A DNA stretch of 64,000 nucleotides from Flaccisagitta enflata (lineage: Eukaryota). A program made the position numbers and the translations under genes. Each line of letters begins with the position of its first letter. The stretch's first letter is position 1. The notes beneath the pieces were generated by a model that did not search any database, was not told the DNA's origin, and saw nothing but the letters and a program-made list of their open reading frames with translations. Of this stretch, positions 1-13,935 are shown in pieces. Where the stretch lies: NCBI GenBank assembly GCA_965153355.1, contig OZ231126.1, forward strand, positions 43,214,001 to 43,278,000. Direction: 5' to 3'.

Positions 1-1569
1 GAAAACTAATAATAATAGACAAAACAATATACTAATCAATGGAGAACTAAGCGGATCGACGATTTGTAAAAAAAAGAGGCAAAGGAGATTAGTGAATGAT
101 GGGAATTCTGTGATGATGATTAATGAAAGGGCGTTTCCAAGTCGATTTCTTTTTTGCGCTGTAATATGAGATCTATCATGATTTTTTAAGTCGTATGGAT
201 CCTGCCTCGAGGACATAAGTGAAGTTGCTTATTCCCAACTACTACATTGACTACTTACAGTTACATTGCATTCCTCCCAGAAATAGTCAACATTAACCCA
301 CAAGTTCATATATGATATAAATATCATAATATGATTAATAGACATCAAAGGAGATCACGTATAAATTTAGCGAATGAAGAGAAATGTAGCAAATTTTTAA
401 ATTTTGACTCCCCGTGCGGGTTTTGTTTATATTAGTCAACAAAAATAGAAACTCATACAATAGGTCCTAAGCCCATCCGTTCAAATACAAGTCCACAAAT
501 TCCATCGGTTTAAGCTGAACGTAAGAAACGTTGACATTGGTACAATCCGATTGTCTGAGTCTTACATCCATAAAAAGTCGTAAAGGTCGTCCTTGAAAAG
601 CGATTTAGGCCACGGGTTAAAAAAAAGAGGTGATTATCGATTTTCTTTATGGCCGTTTTACATTCCTTTTTGCCCCCCCCCCCTCCACCCCCCTCGCCCC
701 TTTTATTCGCCATCTTCTACATTCTGCGCGATAAATTCCTCCTTTTTCTGTGGGTTAAGCAGGTGTTCGGTCCAGACACGTCTGTATTGCCCTTTTAGTG
801 CCTCAAACTCAATCGCACCATTGATGTGAATTGAACGTTTTACGAAGTTGAAAAACAAAACAATCCAAACACAGAGCAAAAGTCGCGGACAGTTGGGCAG
901 TACTAGACAACTCCTGTGTTACAGTACTTCAAACTTTCACACTTTTGAAAGACCTATAAGTATAACACTATAAATGTCAATTGGTTGGGTGGTTGGATGG
1001 TTAGTCCATCAAGCCAAGGTTTCACGTTCGACCTGGCGCATATGTTAGCCTCGCTGGCCTAAGTTTCGCCCGAATGGTCTTCCGAATTTTGGATCCATAT
1101 TTTCCTGACAGATCTCGTCTAAAGAAATGGTAAAAGTAGTTAGCATCCGTCGACGTGCGCGACCGTGAACCTGCTGCCTTAAGACTGAAAAGAAGAAGGA
1201 AAGAAAGGGATAACGAAAAACGAAAATTGCCAAGGGAAATTGGGAGGCGCGCGGTTCGAGCTTCGGCATTCAGTTAGCCTTGGAGGCGCATAACTCATTG
1301 TTCCCCGTCCAGATTTTTTTATTGCCAGTCTGCCTTCGCGCGCTTGCGCGGGCGCGTGTACATATAACGTGTAGTGCATGTGGCGCATGTAGTGCGTGTG
1401 GAAACGTCTGGTGCGTGTGGAAATGTGTTGTGCGAGCGGCCTCTGGGCTTTGGGCAGTATCGCGCCCATTGTTATGGACGAGATAAAAGAAGAAAAGCGA
1501 GAGGGTTGCCTCGCCTGCCTATTTCTGCTTTTGGACGTTCTAAAGGCAGTTTCGAGGCGCCGGGGTTGA

Positions 1570-1993
1570 TGCAAGGTGGGTGCGCTTAACAGAAAGGTGG
1601 GTGCGCAGCGGTGTATGGCAGCAAAGTGGGTGAAAATTGATGCATGGCAGCAAAGTGGGTCTACAGCAAGTGTGTGGCAGCAAGGTGGTTGCGCAGCGGA
1701 GAATGGCAGCAAGGTGGGATTTATGCAATCTATGCCAGCAAGGTTGGTGCACACTGTATAGTGCCATATGGCAACAAGGTTGTTACGTAGTGGCATATTC
1801 TTGCGCATGGTGGCAAGGTGGGCTTGCAGCGGTGTATGGCAGCTATCCGGGTGCGCGATGGCATATGGGCAGCAAGGTGGTTGCGCAGCAGCCAATGGCG
1901 ACAAGGTGGGTTCACAGCAACGTTTGGTAGTCAGCAAGGTGGGTGCACAGCGGCGAATGACAGCGAGGCAGGTGCGCAATGTCGCAAGGTGGC
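1570..1993. repeat. Degenerate ~29-bp minisatellite: ~15 units of conserved core ATGGCAGCAAGGTGGG plus ~13-bp variable linker
   Basis: Core recurs at about 1615, 1644, 1674, 1703, 1732, 1768, 1807, 1836, 1865, 1895 and 1957. Linkers vary around TGCGCAGCGGTGT. Confidence 0.85.
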
Positions 1994-2167
1994 AAAAAAT
2001 TGGGAAATATTTCATTTTTCATTTCTCTTTCTAAAAACCAATTTTTAACCAAACCAGGTATTGGTCTTTTCTTCGTGAATTAAAAAAAACTAAAACCACG
2101 CGCGATTTCTACAGAAGAAAAACAAATAAAGATTCATATGATGGATGGGCCAACGAAAATGTATGGA

Positions 2168-2358
2168 AACAAGGCCGGATACAGGGCTGTCTTTCTTAAC
2201 GCCAAAATCGCGTGCAGCCGGACAAGGGCACAGATAGAAAGAATATCTTTTGGAAGGGGCAGCAATATCAGAAAAAAAAAAACGCCAAAGAACCTAAGCA
2301 TAACCGACTGACAGACCGACATAACAAGGTTATTGGATCGCGTGCACTCGACCAGAAA
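2168..2358 (-). mobile_element. HINE/DINE-1-like non-autonomous element, family A (diverged copy)
   Basis: Starts AACAAGGCCGGATACA (reverse complement of the family 3' end), has GACC/GACA repeats, and ends TCGCGTGCACTCGACCAGAAAAA. Confidence 0.7.
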
Positions 2359-2520
2359 AAAAAAATGAAATTGCCAAAAGAAAATCCACTTGGAAATGGA
2401 AAACATGTAACATTTGAGGAAGGGGAAAATAAGTTGTCTGAGGTAAATATGAAATATGAAGAAAGAAAATGGAGACGAAGATGAAAAAAATGAACATAGA
2501 AAATCGAAATATGTGCAATG

Positions 2521-2586
<66 letters not shown>

Positions 2587-2618
2587 CACACACACACACA
2601 CACACACTCACACACACT
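2521..2618. repeat. Compound (GA)n(CA)n microsatellite
   Basis: Directly visible. Confidence 0.97.
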
Positions 2619-2619
2619 G

Positions 2620-3245
2620 TAATTTGAGCCTCAAGGCTGGGATTTGAGGCTTGAGGCATGGATTTGAGGCCTTAGGCTGGGATATGAGCCTCGAGGCTGG
2701 AATTTGAGTCTCCAGGCTGTGATTTGAGCCATGAGACTGTTATTTGAGCCTCGAGGCTGTGATTTGAGACTTGAGGCTGTGATTTGAGACTTGAGGCTGG
2801 GATTTGAGGCTTTAGTCTGGGATTTGAGCCTTGAGGCTGGGATGCGAACCTTTAGGCTTGGATATGGGCCTCTAGACTGGGATTTGAGCCTCAAGAAGGA
2901 GGAGAAGAAGGAGGAAGGGGGATTTGAGAGGTCAGCAGGCCCCGAAGGAACCGATGACCTATGCTAGGCTTTAATTTGAGTCATAAGGCTGGGATTTGAG
3001 CCAAAAGATTGGAATATGAGCAATGAAGCTGGGATTCAAGCCATAAGGTTGGAATTTGAGCCCTGAGCCTGGGATTCAAGCTCGAGACTGTGATTTGGGC
3101 TTGAGGCTGCAATTTGAGCTTCGAAGCCAGGGGGGGGGGGGACAGAGAAGGAGGAGGAGAAGGAGGAGAAGAAGAAGAAGGAGGAGAAAATTTTTCCCTG
3201 TGTGAAAGCATAGGTCATCGGCCCCTTCGGGACCGCTGCCCAAAA
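2620..3245 (-). mobile_element. HINE-like element, family B, with 21-bp minisatellite (CTCAAGGCTGGGATTTGAGGC)n; truncated or rearranged
   Basis: Ends CCCTGTGTGAAAGCATAGGTCATCGGCCCCTTCGGGACCGCTGCCCAAAA, the reverse complement of the head at 18488. The 21-bp array spans about 2620-3120. Confidence 0.75.
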
Positions 3246-3565
3246 GGGATAGAATAAGAAAAAGAAGTGAGGAAATAACTTCAGGCTTCAGCCAGAAAGA
3301 GTGAAGAAAACGATGAGGAAAAAAATGAAAGTAAAAGGTCCTGTACACAATGAAACCCGTCGAGTACCGCTTTTATCCAGGAATAGAAAATAAACGTCGA
3401 AAATTGAGTTAAGAAAGAGGCGACAATGGCAACCACAATCCAAAGCAATACAACGTACAGAGTCCGGAGACAGACCAGTTTCACACATAAATCTTGCACA
3501 AGTATGTTTGTCGAGTTTTTTGTGCTTTCAGTTTCACAACAAAACCACCGCGAGAATGGTTACCC

Positions 3566-3893
3566 CAGGGGTGTATATTATTGAGTTGCTTTTGATTGTT
3601 TCTCCCCCCCCCCCTGCCTTTGATTTTCTTCCCCACGACGCGTCGCGTCGCGTTTTTATATCTATGATTTTCTTCCCCATATAGCAATAAAACAATGTAG
3701 TTAAGGTTTAGATAGTGTCAAATTATGTTTTACTGATTAAGTTTTATGATTTGATACTGTAAAAAGTTTTATTTTCCCCAAATTTCCTTTTTTTCTCTTT
3801 TTCCCCCTTTGCTTTCCTTCCCCATCTTCAGACCCTTTTATTTCTTCCCCCTCCCCCACGGGGGGAGGGGGAACTCAATAGTATACAGGCCTG
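3566..3893. mobile_element. hAT-type MITE (328 bp)
   Basis: TIRs CAGGGGTGTATATTATTGAGTT / AACTCAATAGTATACAGGCCTG. 8-bp TSD GGTTACCC (3558-3565) / GGATACCC (3894-3901), 7/8 match. Confidence 0.8.
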
Positions 3894-4092
3894 GGATACC
3901 CAGCTCAACCTTTACGTTTTTTTCTCGTGAATTATTAAAAATAAAAACGAAAAAATGTGAAGTGACCGAGGGACGCCTTTGCGTAGTAGTGAGTAACCTC
4001 CGCAAAAATCGACCCGCATCGGACATACTGACCGAGACCCCTTCCTGCATCGTGAACCGATATCCGGTGTGCAACACCGAGACAGACCGACG

Positions 4093-4123
<31 letters not shown>

Positions 4124-4548
4124 GGATTAGAGAGAGAGAGAGAGAGAGAGAGAGGTTCGATTCTTTCAGTCAGATTTGGGTGAGCAATCACCCAAAATTG
4201 ATAACAGCAAAAGAGCAGACAAAAGAGGTTGAATGACTGGCTCATGATCATGCTTTCTTACATTTATAATGTCTTTAATTCGATATTCGTTCATGCCATG
4301 GACGAAATGTTCATGTCAGAAATTAAAAAAAACAGTTTCATACCGACTGGTTTCCTATAAACAAGAACAGTTACAAATGTCAAGTATCCTGTCTCATATT
4401 CGAAATTTTTCCAATTTTTATCTAAGATCGTTTTCTATTGGAATAAAAACGATTTCAAAAATAGATTTCTCCAAATTCAAATACAAGCGACTCTACTGTA
4501 TGTTCAACATGGATTTACTATGATAGGCGACATATCAGCACTTCTAAG

Positions 4549-4549
<1 letters not shown>

Positions 4550-4610
<61 letters not shown>

Positions 4611-4678
4611 ATAAATCGATATCTAGCTATATCTAACAGATACTATCACTTTCGTGCCACATCGGAAAACCATCTTTG

Positions 4679-4733
<55 letters not shown>

Positions 4734-4997
4734 AAAAAGAGAGAGGATTAAGTTGAAAAAACGTATTCAAGCTTGAGAAAAAAAATGGTTTCTTAAAAAT
4801 ACATATTACGAAAAAAAAACGTTAATGAAAACCACGTTTATTCGGACTGCCTTCGGTTTTACGATATAAAAACGAGGTTCAACAGATACAAATTACCCAC
4901 ATCGTGAAAACTCATCTTAAAACCAGCCGGGATATACATATCCTTATGAGGACCGACATACTCCAGATCAGTCTGAATTAAATTGCGTTTCAAGCAG

Positions 4998-5082
<85 letters not shown>
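4550..5082. repeat. Cluster of (CA)n (4550-4608) and (GA)n (4682-4728, 5001-5082) microsatellites
   Basis: Directly visible. Confidence 0.95.
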
Positions 5083-5086
<4 letters not shown>

Positions 5087-5892
5087 TGAAAGAAACGTAA
5101 CAGGGTGAAGACAAGATAAGCACACAAGAGAGAAAGTAGAGCAGAAGTAAAAAGCCTTCTATTACCAGAGAACGGGAGAAGAAAGATCGACTCGTGTTAT
5201 AGGAAGATAAAAGTTTTTGACGCTCATCCCAATGATCAAGTGCAAAATTTTGATATGAAAGGTGGCTTAATTTTTTTTTTATCATATGACTATTATCATT
5301 ATTATATCAATATATTTAGATAGGTGATATTTCTTCATGGCAAAGAATTTGCTCGATTTTTTTCCCATTCCAATTCCACAATATTCTTTTCAATTTTCTG
5401 AGCTGAGAAAGATCTTAGCCACCACCAGACATTCCATATTGATTACTTATCTATGTGGACAGATTTTCTTTGTGACAAAAAAATGAGACAGTAATATAAT
5501 CTTTCTGTGTAAAAAAAGTAGCAACAAAAAAATTGAGGCTGATTGAAGCTAAAAAGCTAAAATACGAATCACCCAAAGCTAAGATTTTACACAATTTCTG
5601 CCACAGCAAACTCCTTCAGAGTTCAAAATACACTTTAATCATTCGTTTTGTATAAATAGATTCTTTCTGGTTGCTCTGAATGAATGAATGAATTGTTTAG
5701 TGGAAAAATAGAAGAAGTCAATATGATCGAGGATCTGTGCATATGCATAAGGTGGTTCCAATCAGCTCTTAGTCTCGTATTAACTTGCCATCTGCTTGCC
5801 ATCTGCGTCCCTACTATGATACTATCTCCAACATTAAATCTATCAAGGCAGAAAAGAAAAATACAAACTTTAGATGATTGCTGCTCCTCCTA

Positions 5893-6490
5893 CAGTACGA
5901 TGGGAGCAATGACGACCTAGGCGGGAGGATAGATTTTAAGTATCCTTATTTCATTTTTATCATGAAATATTTGAGATCTAAGTTAATTAAAAGTTGCTCT
6001 GTTGAGTGAATGCATTTGCGTCTCTTAAATTTAACTTGTGACTTGACCTCGTCAAGACTTCATTTTTCAAAGTTCTAACCTATCTCAATAGATCGGGTGG
6101 AAAATTCTACATAATTTTGAAAAAAGATTCAGCTCAATCGGATCATTTTTACAGGTTTTACGACTATGATTAATAAATAAAAGTTATGCAAATTGATTTT
6201 TGGGCAAAACATAAAATGGTCATATACCTGTAAAAATAGACCAATTGAGCTGATTTTTTTTTCAAAACCATAGAAAATTTTTTACCCGATCTATTGAGAT
6301 ACGTTTTATCTTTGAAAAATGAAGTCTTGATGAGGTCAGGTCGCAAGTTAAAGTTTGAGAGAAGCAAACATTTTCACTCAAAAAAGCAATCTTTAATTAC
6401 CTTAGATCTCAAATATTTTAAGATACAAATAAAATTAAGGTAACTAAAATCTATCCTCCAGTCTAGGTCGTCATTGCTCCCATCGTACTG
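5893..6490. mobile_element. Fold-back MITE, TA TSD (Tc1/mariner-type), 598 bp
   Basis: Perfect 28-bp TIR CAGTACGATGGGAGCAATGACGACCTAG flanked by TA at 5891-2 and 6491-2. Imperfect inverted symmetry continues ~270 bp inward. Confidence 0.92.
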
Positions 6491-6861
6491 TAGGTGAATC
6501 AGGCTTTCGAGCCTAGATTGGCCCGTTTGAACAACAAATTATTAGACCAATCTGGATGTTTTATCTCAATCCAATGAAGAGCATCACCCTTCCCAACTTA
6601 ATGATTGTTTTTTTCTAGAAGGTAAATTCGTTTCATGATATCAGTATCTCGACGTATGGACATATACATAATTGATTGTGTGAAGGCATAAAAACTTCCC
6701 TCTTGACCAGGAGCTATCCAATGTATGGATCATGGTAAAAGAAACGCCTTGGCCAGCCATGGAAACTGTGAGCTGAGGTGAGCGTTTTCCTTGCGAAAAA
6801 CAAATTGAAGCGTAAATTTCTTTTACCCTCACTTAAGGTCAGCTAAGCGAGGACTAGAGAT

Positions 6862-7078
6862 AACAAGTGACGAGGGGTCACAAGATCGTTGCGGACGGGT
6901 GGGCAGGGGGCAACCAACCCCCATCTACACCCAAACCCCTATCCCACACACGCAAAAATACACAAAGTATCTAAAATGCTTGTTTTTCTACTTTTCAACT
7001 TGATGACCACGGACCAACGGACACCCAATGGAACGACGGATGGACAAAGCCTCATATAGAATTGCGTGTCCTTAACCG
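6862..7078 (-). mobile_element. HINE-like element, family A variant
   Basis: AACAAGTGACGAGGGGTCA...GTTGCGGACGGGTGGGCAGGGG...GGACAAAGCCTCATATAGAATTGCGTGTCC; reverse match to the copy at 25243-25462. Confidence 0.75.
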
Positions 7079-7737
7079 AAATATAAGAAGCTTCATAATC
7101 GGGAAGAAAGTCGAAGTAAGTCTTCGACTTTTTGACATAATCAAGAGAATTTCTTATGAAGAAGATATTATAAATATCAATTAAGAAAATACTTTTCAAA
7201 TAAAATCAATAGAGTAAGTAAATTTGATAATTCTATTTCATTTGGCGCCAAGCCGAATATTCTACAACAAATATTTTTTCAATATCTTTTTACAAAAAAT
7301 CTTAAATGATTTATTTTTTCAATTTTTTCTAATTCTAAATCAAATCAATAAATGAGTATATTGCTGCATGTTTGAGCATGCAAACACAAGAAAACATATT
7401 CTTTATCACAACTGCTCCTTTAGCTTACTTTGCTAATTTTTTTTTGTTTTGTTTCTAATTTGATCTATGTCTGACCATGCATATACAAGGAAGCATGTCT
7501 GTAAACATAGTTGTTTGTATGTGAGAGTGCTTTTGAGTATTTAAGATCAGTAAGCTCATTTAGCTCGATCCCATACACATATCAAAACATGTACAATAAA
7601 ACAAAAAGACAGATTAATAATCAAAAAAGAAAAAAACATATGCAAAAACAAAAATTCTATCGCAATGACTGAGATCTAAAGCTCAGTGGAAAATGGCTTT
7701 TCCACACGGCGATAACCACCATTACTGTTACAACAAA

Positions 7738-7858
7738 ACATCCAAGGATATGGTCAGCGGTACCCGTGGCCCTGCTCGATAGCTGTTACACGATAGTAGG
7801 ATAAGAGAGTAGCAGCCCTAAAGGGCTGATGTCCTTTAAATCACAGGAGTGAATTTCG
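7738..7858 (-). mobile_element. 3' fragment of HINE-like family B
   Basis: ATGGTCAGCGGTACCCG is the reverse complement of the CGGGTACCGCTGACCAT tail seen at ~18945, ~35672 and ~52383. Confidence 0.65.
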
Positions 7859-8289
7859 TTTTGACAAGTGCAACAATATCCTCGTTCAGTTCGGAAGTTT
7901 GAGCCTTCGAATACCCTCTGTTTGAAGGCTCTCGAGGCATCTATGCTGTATCTGGACAGTATCCGAGATTTTGTAATACCAACGGTCCATGTCCAAGACT
8001 AAGGTCTACAAATCTTACAAAGAATGAATAGTAATCGCATTCATCAATCAATCAATCAGCCCGTCGGTCAATCAGTCAGTCCATCCATCAATTTCAGGTT
8101 GATTGGGTCGGTTGTGGTGAAAATGCGGAACTAAGATGCATACAATTCAAATTCCGATGAAAGTTCTATCTGTTGCTGGGTTCATCCAATTCGTATGTAA
8201 TCGCCTGATCTGTTTTAACAGTTGGCAAAGTTCAAAAACACTGTTGCCCTGTTCCATCCTCGAGAGAGCAAAAACGAGGCATCTCTCCA

Positions 8290-8293
<4 letters not shown>

Positions 8294-8376
<83 letters not shown>
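8294..8376. repeat. (TC)n microsatellite
   Basis: Directly visible. Confidence 0.97.
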
Positions 8377-8379
<3 letters not shown>

Positions 8380-10481
8380 CTAAAAACTCTTGAGTGTTTC
8401 TCTCTCGATCTGTTTTAATCGTGACTCTTTTTGGGATGTTTTTAACCAAACTTTGGATGGCGAAGAAAAGACAGAACTCAGAGGATGAACTCAAAATATA
8501 TCCAATAATAAAATCAATGCATCTTGCCGTAACCATGCACATATATTTTTCACTCAGTTAAAGAATGATGCCATTAATCTTTGAGAAGTACTTTTCTTAG
8601 TCATCTTCTTTTATAACGAGAATTCCCTTTTTTTGTTTGTTTGTTTGTTTTTTTTTCTTATTTGCATGTTGTTCATTGATGTTTGATGCAGTTTCTTGCT
8701 GTTTTTGAAGAAAAACAAAAAGACGTAAATATCCAAAGAAATCCGAAATCGCCGTTGCAAATTGCACATAAAGCGAGGTAAAAAAAAGTAAAAATTTAAA
8801 CCCGAGGCAGACTGTTTGTTTGTCGAAGAATTATTGGTTAACTCGAGGTTTCCGTCCGAGAAGTTAAGTTTAATTAAAGTAAAAAAAAGGGCGTCAGAGC
8901 AATTTGCAAACAAAACAAGGCTAACACCTACAAGTCGCGTAAGAGACATAAATAATTGAATATCCAACTTTAATCAATAGAATTAATAATATATGATGTT
9001 TATTCACACAAGAATGTGTAGATGGGCGCGAACAAAAAAAAAAAAAAAAAAAATGATGAAGATAAAAATATTCCTCGATCATCTTGTATCCTTCTTAACC
9101 CTTTAAACACTTTTAACGCTTGATATTTTTTTACTTGTAGTACTTTTCATGTTTAACATTTTGAACATTGCATTATTCATCAATTCAAACCCAGTTTAAC
9201 TCCTATTCATACTTTTTAACCAAATTGGCACTCAAAAACGTGACCGACAAAGCGACAAAGCAGGGTGTAGAGTCGCGTATCACGCCACACAAAAAAAAGT
9301 TGCTCTTTTTAAGGTCGAGCCACAAAAAAATAAAAGTAGAGTGAAGACCGAAAAATTCTCCAAGTTGTGAAATTCTTCCACACGGAAAGGAGCCGCTAAG
9401 CTGTTGAGGTGTGTCTGGAGACTGGTGAAGGAAACGAGAGAGAGAGAAAATAAGAAAGAAGAAGAAGAAGGAGGAGAAAAAGAGGATGAATTAAAAGGAG
9501 AACAAGAAAGGGAGAAAAAGAGAAGAAGAAGGGAAGGAAAAGAAAAGCGAAGGAGGAGTAATAAGATGATGAGGAAGGGGCAGAAGAGAAGGGGAGGTGA
9601 AGTTTTTATCGTCGTCATTTTCGTCGTATGTCTGGGTACGTGGTTTGAATTGTCGTCGTCGTTCTCATCGTTTTGTGTACGTCGTCGTCTTGACTCGTCG
9701 ATTTTATCGCTCATTCATGTAAATTACAACAGACTTTGAGAGAGGGGAAAAAAGGCAAGATAACGAATTACGGTCAACAAATTGAAATTAAACTCAGACG
9801 ACAATGAACAGGTAAAGACGAAGAAATGGAGATATAATCAATATTGTAACAATGAAGCTTTCAAGAAGGAAAGAATAGATAAACAATGCAAATCATCCTA
9901 ATCTAATTGAACTTACTCAATTTGAGGCATTTGATTTTGAGGCTCTACAAATCCTAGCTCTATGATTATGTAGCCCATATCAAGATGTATGGGACTCCAT
10001 TGAATTTGAAGCCTTCAGACATATTCGAAGCTCAATGAGACTCAATTGAGACACCATAAAACTAGTTTGGAGTTTACGTGATGGGGAATTGGGGATTATC
10101 AATGATGAAACTGAACGATGACTGTGAATAAGAATTTATCAGTTATGAAACATATGCGGTTTGTTTTGAATGATCGAAGGTTATTTTGATCATTCCCGAT
10201 GACTTTTTACACAAGCGTCGCCAATTGAGCTTCGGTAAAACTAAAGGAGATTTCCGGCAACATGGGCGAGCATCTGGCAAATATTTGGTTGTTCTTTCCT
10301 TATTTCTATTTTTTTTTTTTTTGCAAAAGAGGAATTTTCTTCAGGTAATTGAGGTAAGCGGTTAGTCGGTGTAGCTTTTCAGACGCATCCATGGAAAAAA
10401 GTTTTTTTAGTTTTTCTCACAAGATAAACCTGACACGATTGAGTATTGATACCTGTGCGAAAACTATCAAAACATAGAAAA

Positions 10482-10753
10482 AACAAGGCCAAGTAGGCCA
10501 ACGATGCGTCTTCTGTGAATGAGCGTTTTTCACTAATAAATGTTGTTTGATAATGAATGAATGAATGAATGAATGAATGAATGAATGAATGAATGAATGA
10601 TTAAGTGATAGAATGTGTGAAAGAGTAAATAGGTGCTGCTTTTTGGATGAAAGAGCCTCGGATTTTGCGATTTTAAAGTTTGCGTGACCAACAGACCAGC
10701 TGACAGACCAGTGGACACGACCTCTTCTAAAGATGCGAGAATGCATCTAAAAA
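10482..10753 (-). mobile_element. HINE-like element with internal (GAAT)n
   Basis: AACAAGGCCAAGTAGGCC end hairpin and terminal palindrome AGATGCGAGAATGCATCTAAAAA. A related plus-strand copy lies at 18095-18345. Confidence 0.7.
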
Positions 10754-10958
10754 GAGAAAAATACCATTTGGTAATATGCAAATCAGTGATACACGTCGAC
10801 TTTTATGAATGGTCGGGGAAGGGCAGGGGAGATGGGAGAAGGGACGGCATAGAGATAGATTTGATGAAAGGGTGAGAAAGGAACCGCGGATTTAGGAGAA
10901 GAAAAAAAAAGGTGATCGTCATTATCCCTTCTGTCAAAACCACGAATCCAATGAGGTA

Positions 10959-11158
10959 CACTTTTTTTTTTTTATAAGAGACAACCTTTTTTCAACTCAG
11001 CCTGAGTGTTCTTAAATTCTAAGTCATTTTCAGCCTCGAATTCTCTTAATTTGTTCTTATTTTTCCCTGACTTGATCCATTACTACTAATACTATCAATG
11101 ATATAAATATCACTACTACTGATATTACTATTATTAATACTACTGTTATTGCTACTGT

Positions 11159-11191
<33 letters not shown>

Positions 11192-11720
11192 TACTACTAC
11201 TACTACTACTACCTCAACCACTGCTAGTACTACTCTACGACTAACATATAACTAATATTACTGCTACTACTACTTTTACTACTACTACTACTACTTTTAC
11301 TACTACAACTACTACTACTATTACTACTGCTGATACTACTACTACCTTTGCTGCTACTATTACTACTTTTACTACTCTCACTTGTAATAAAAGGAAAAAC
11401 AAGGCCAACACCTAAAAGTCGCGTGCGAGACTAACAGAATCTGTTAGTAACAGAATGACTTAGAATGACTTAGTTTAACCTAAAAAGATTAAATGACTTA
11501 AAGAAATAAAATTGATAAAAAAAATAAAATGGGGACCAACCGACTGACCAACTGATCGACCAACCAACGGATGGACAAAGCGGGGTGTAGAGTCGCGTGC
11601 ACGCTAAAAATTAGCTGAGGCAAAAGTCAGCCTGAGCTGTCTCTTATTTTGTTCTTAAATTTTCAGTGAATCTCAGCCTCATGTCTCTTATAAAAAAGTC
11701 TCTTATAAAAAAAAAAAGTG
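10959..11720. mobile_element. TA-flanked MITE (CAC...TAAG-R-RAC terminus group) containing (TAC)n and a nested HINE-like insert (~11399-11610)
   Basis: TIR CACTTTTTTTTTTTTATAAGAGAC / GTCTCTTATAAAAAAAAAAAGTG. TA at 10957-8 and 11721-2. Subterminal CAGCCTGAG/CAGCCTC motifs. Confidence 0.8.
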
Positions 11721-11847
11721 TAACAGATTAATTGGCCTGATATTCTTTTGGCTAGAAACCGCAAATTGAAATGGAAGCAGTTTGATCGTCGAAAACCGAT
11801 TGAATAGCAATACGAAAGTTGGTTCGATATTCAAAACACAAAGACAC

Positions 11848-12821
<974 letters not shown>

Positions 12822-13241
12822 CACAGAAAGACAATGACAGTTGCACAGACAGACTCCGACAGATAGATACCGACAGACAAAGATAGATAGACATGGAAAG
12901 CGAAAGCCGCATACAAAGAACAGGAAGAACAAGGAGAGGTGGTGGAAAAGGGGGCCCAAGACCTCCAGACTAGACTATCCACAGAATATTTCAGCAACGT
13001 TCAAAATGGGGAAACATGATAGCCCCCCCCCCCAAAAAAAAAAACGAAAAAAGAAAACAAATTGAAGGATTAGGGCTAATCTATTAAAATTGCAGATAAA
13101 CATTGCCATTGGACTGAGTCAAATGATAGAAGGGAACGCAGTTGGTCGGCCCTAGTGATCGTGTTGTAAAAACACGTGAGCTGTATGCACCTGCAATTAG
13201 ATCTAGCGTAAAAAGGAAAAAAGCAACCCCCTCAAAAAAAG

Positions 13242-13935
13242 AAAACAGGGCCGGATACACGGGCCAAGACGGTGCGCCGGGCGTTATAAATTCATAGACC
13301 TATCCCCAGCTCCATCAGACCTATCCCTCTCTCTATCCCTATCCCTCTCTCTATCCCTATCCCTCTCTCTATCCCTATCCCTCTCTCAGACCTGTCCTGA
13401 GCTCTATCTGACCTATCTGACCTATCACCAGCTCTACCAGCTCTACCAGCTCTATCCAGAACTATCCCTAGTTCTATCAGACCTATCCTGAGCTCTATCA
13501 GACCTATCCCTAGCTCTATCAGACCTATCCCTGGCTCTACAAACCTATCCCTAGCTCTATCAGACCTACCCTGAGCTCTATCAGACCTATCACTGGCTGT
13601 ATCAGACCTATCCCCAGCTCTATCAGACCTAACAGTAGCTGATTACTTAAGTGGATGAAATAACGAGTATGATCAATGATGAACAAAATGAGCTTTTAAA
13701 TGATTTCAAACTTTCTCAGCGATTTTCCATTTGAGCGTGATGGACGGACGGACGGACGGACAGTCTCTTATAGAGATACTATGGTGCACCAAAAAATCAT
13801 CATATCATATTTCCAAATCATTTCCAGTGATTTCTGCTTCTTTTAGAGATTTTCAACTCGAGCGTGACCGACCAACCAACCAACCAACCGACTGACAGAG
13901 CTAGTTATAGAGGTGCTATGGCGCACGTAAAAAAA
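13242..13935 (-). mobile_element. HINE-like element(s) carrying a 21-bp minisatellite (GACCTATCCCTAGCTCTATCA)n at ~13295-13640
   Basis: AACAGGGCCGGATACACGGGCC end, then tandem array, (GGAC)n and CTCTTATAGAG head. A second head follows at ~13860-13935. Confidence 0.7.

Noticed and set aside
1570..1993. CRISPR array
   Set aside because: Eukaryotic context, 16-bp degenerate repeat, 13-bp partly homologous linkers, no cas genes.
1179..2015. Longest ORF, 278 aa, minus strand
   Set aside because: It spans a GC-rich 29-bp minisatellite whose period is not a multiple of 3, shows no recognisable domain, and is probably open by chance.
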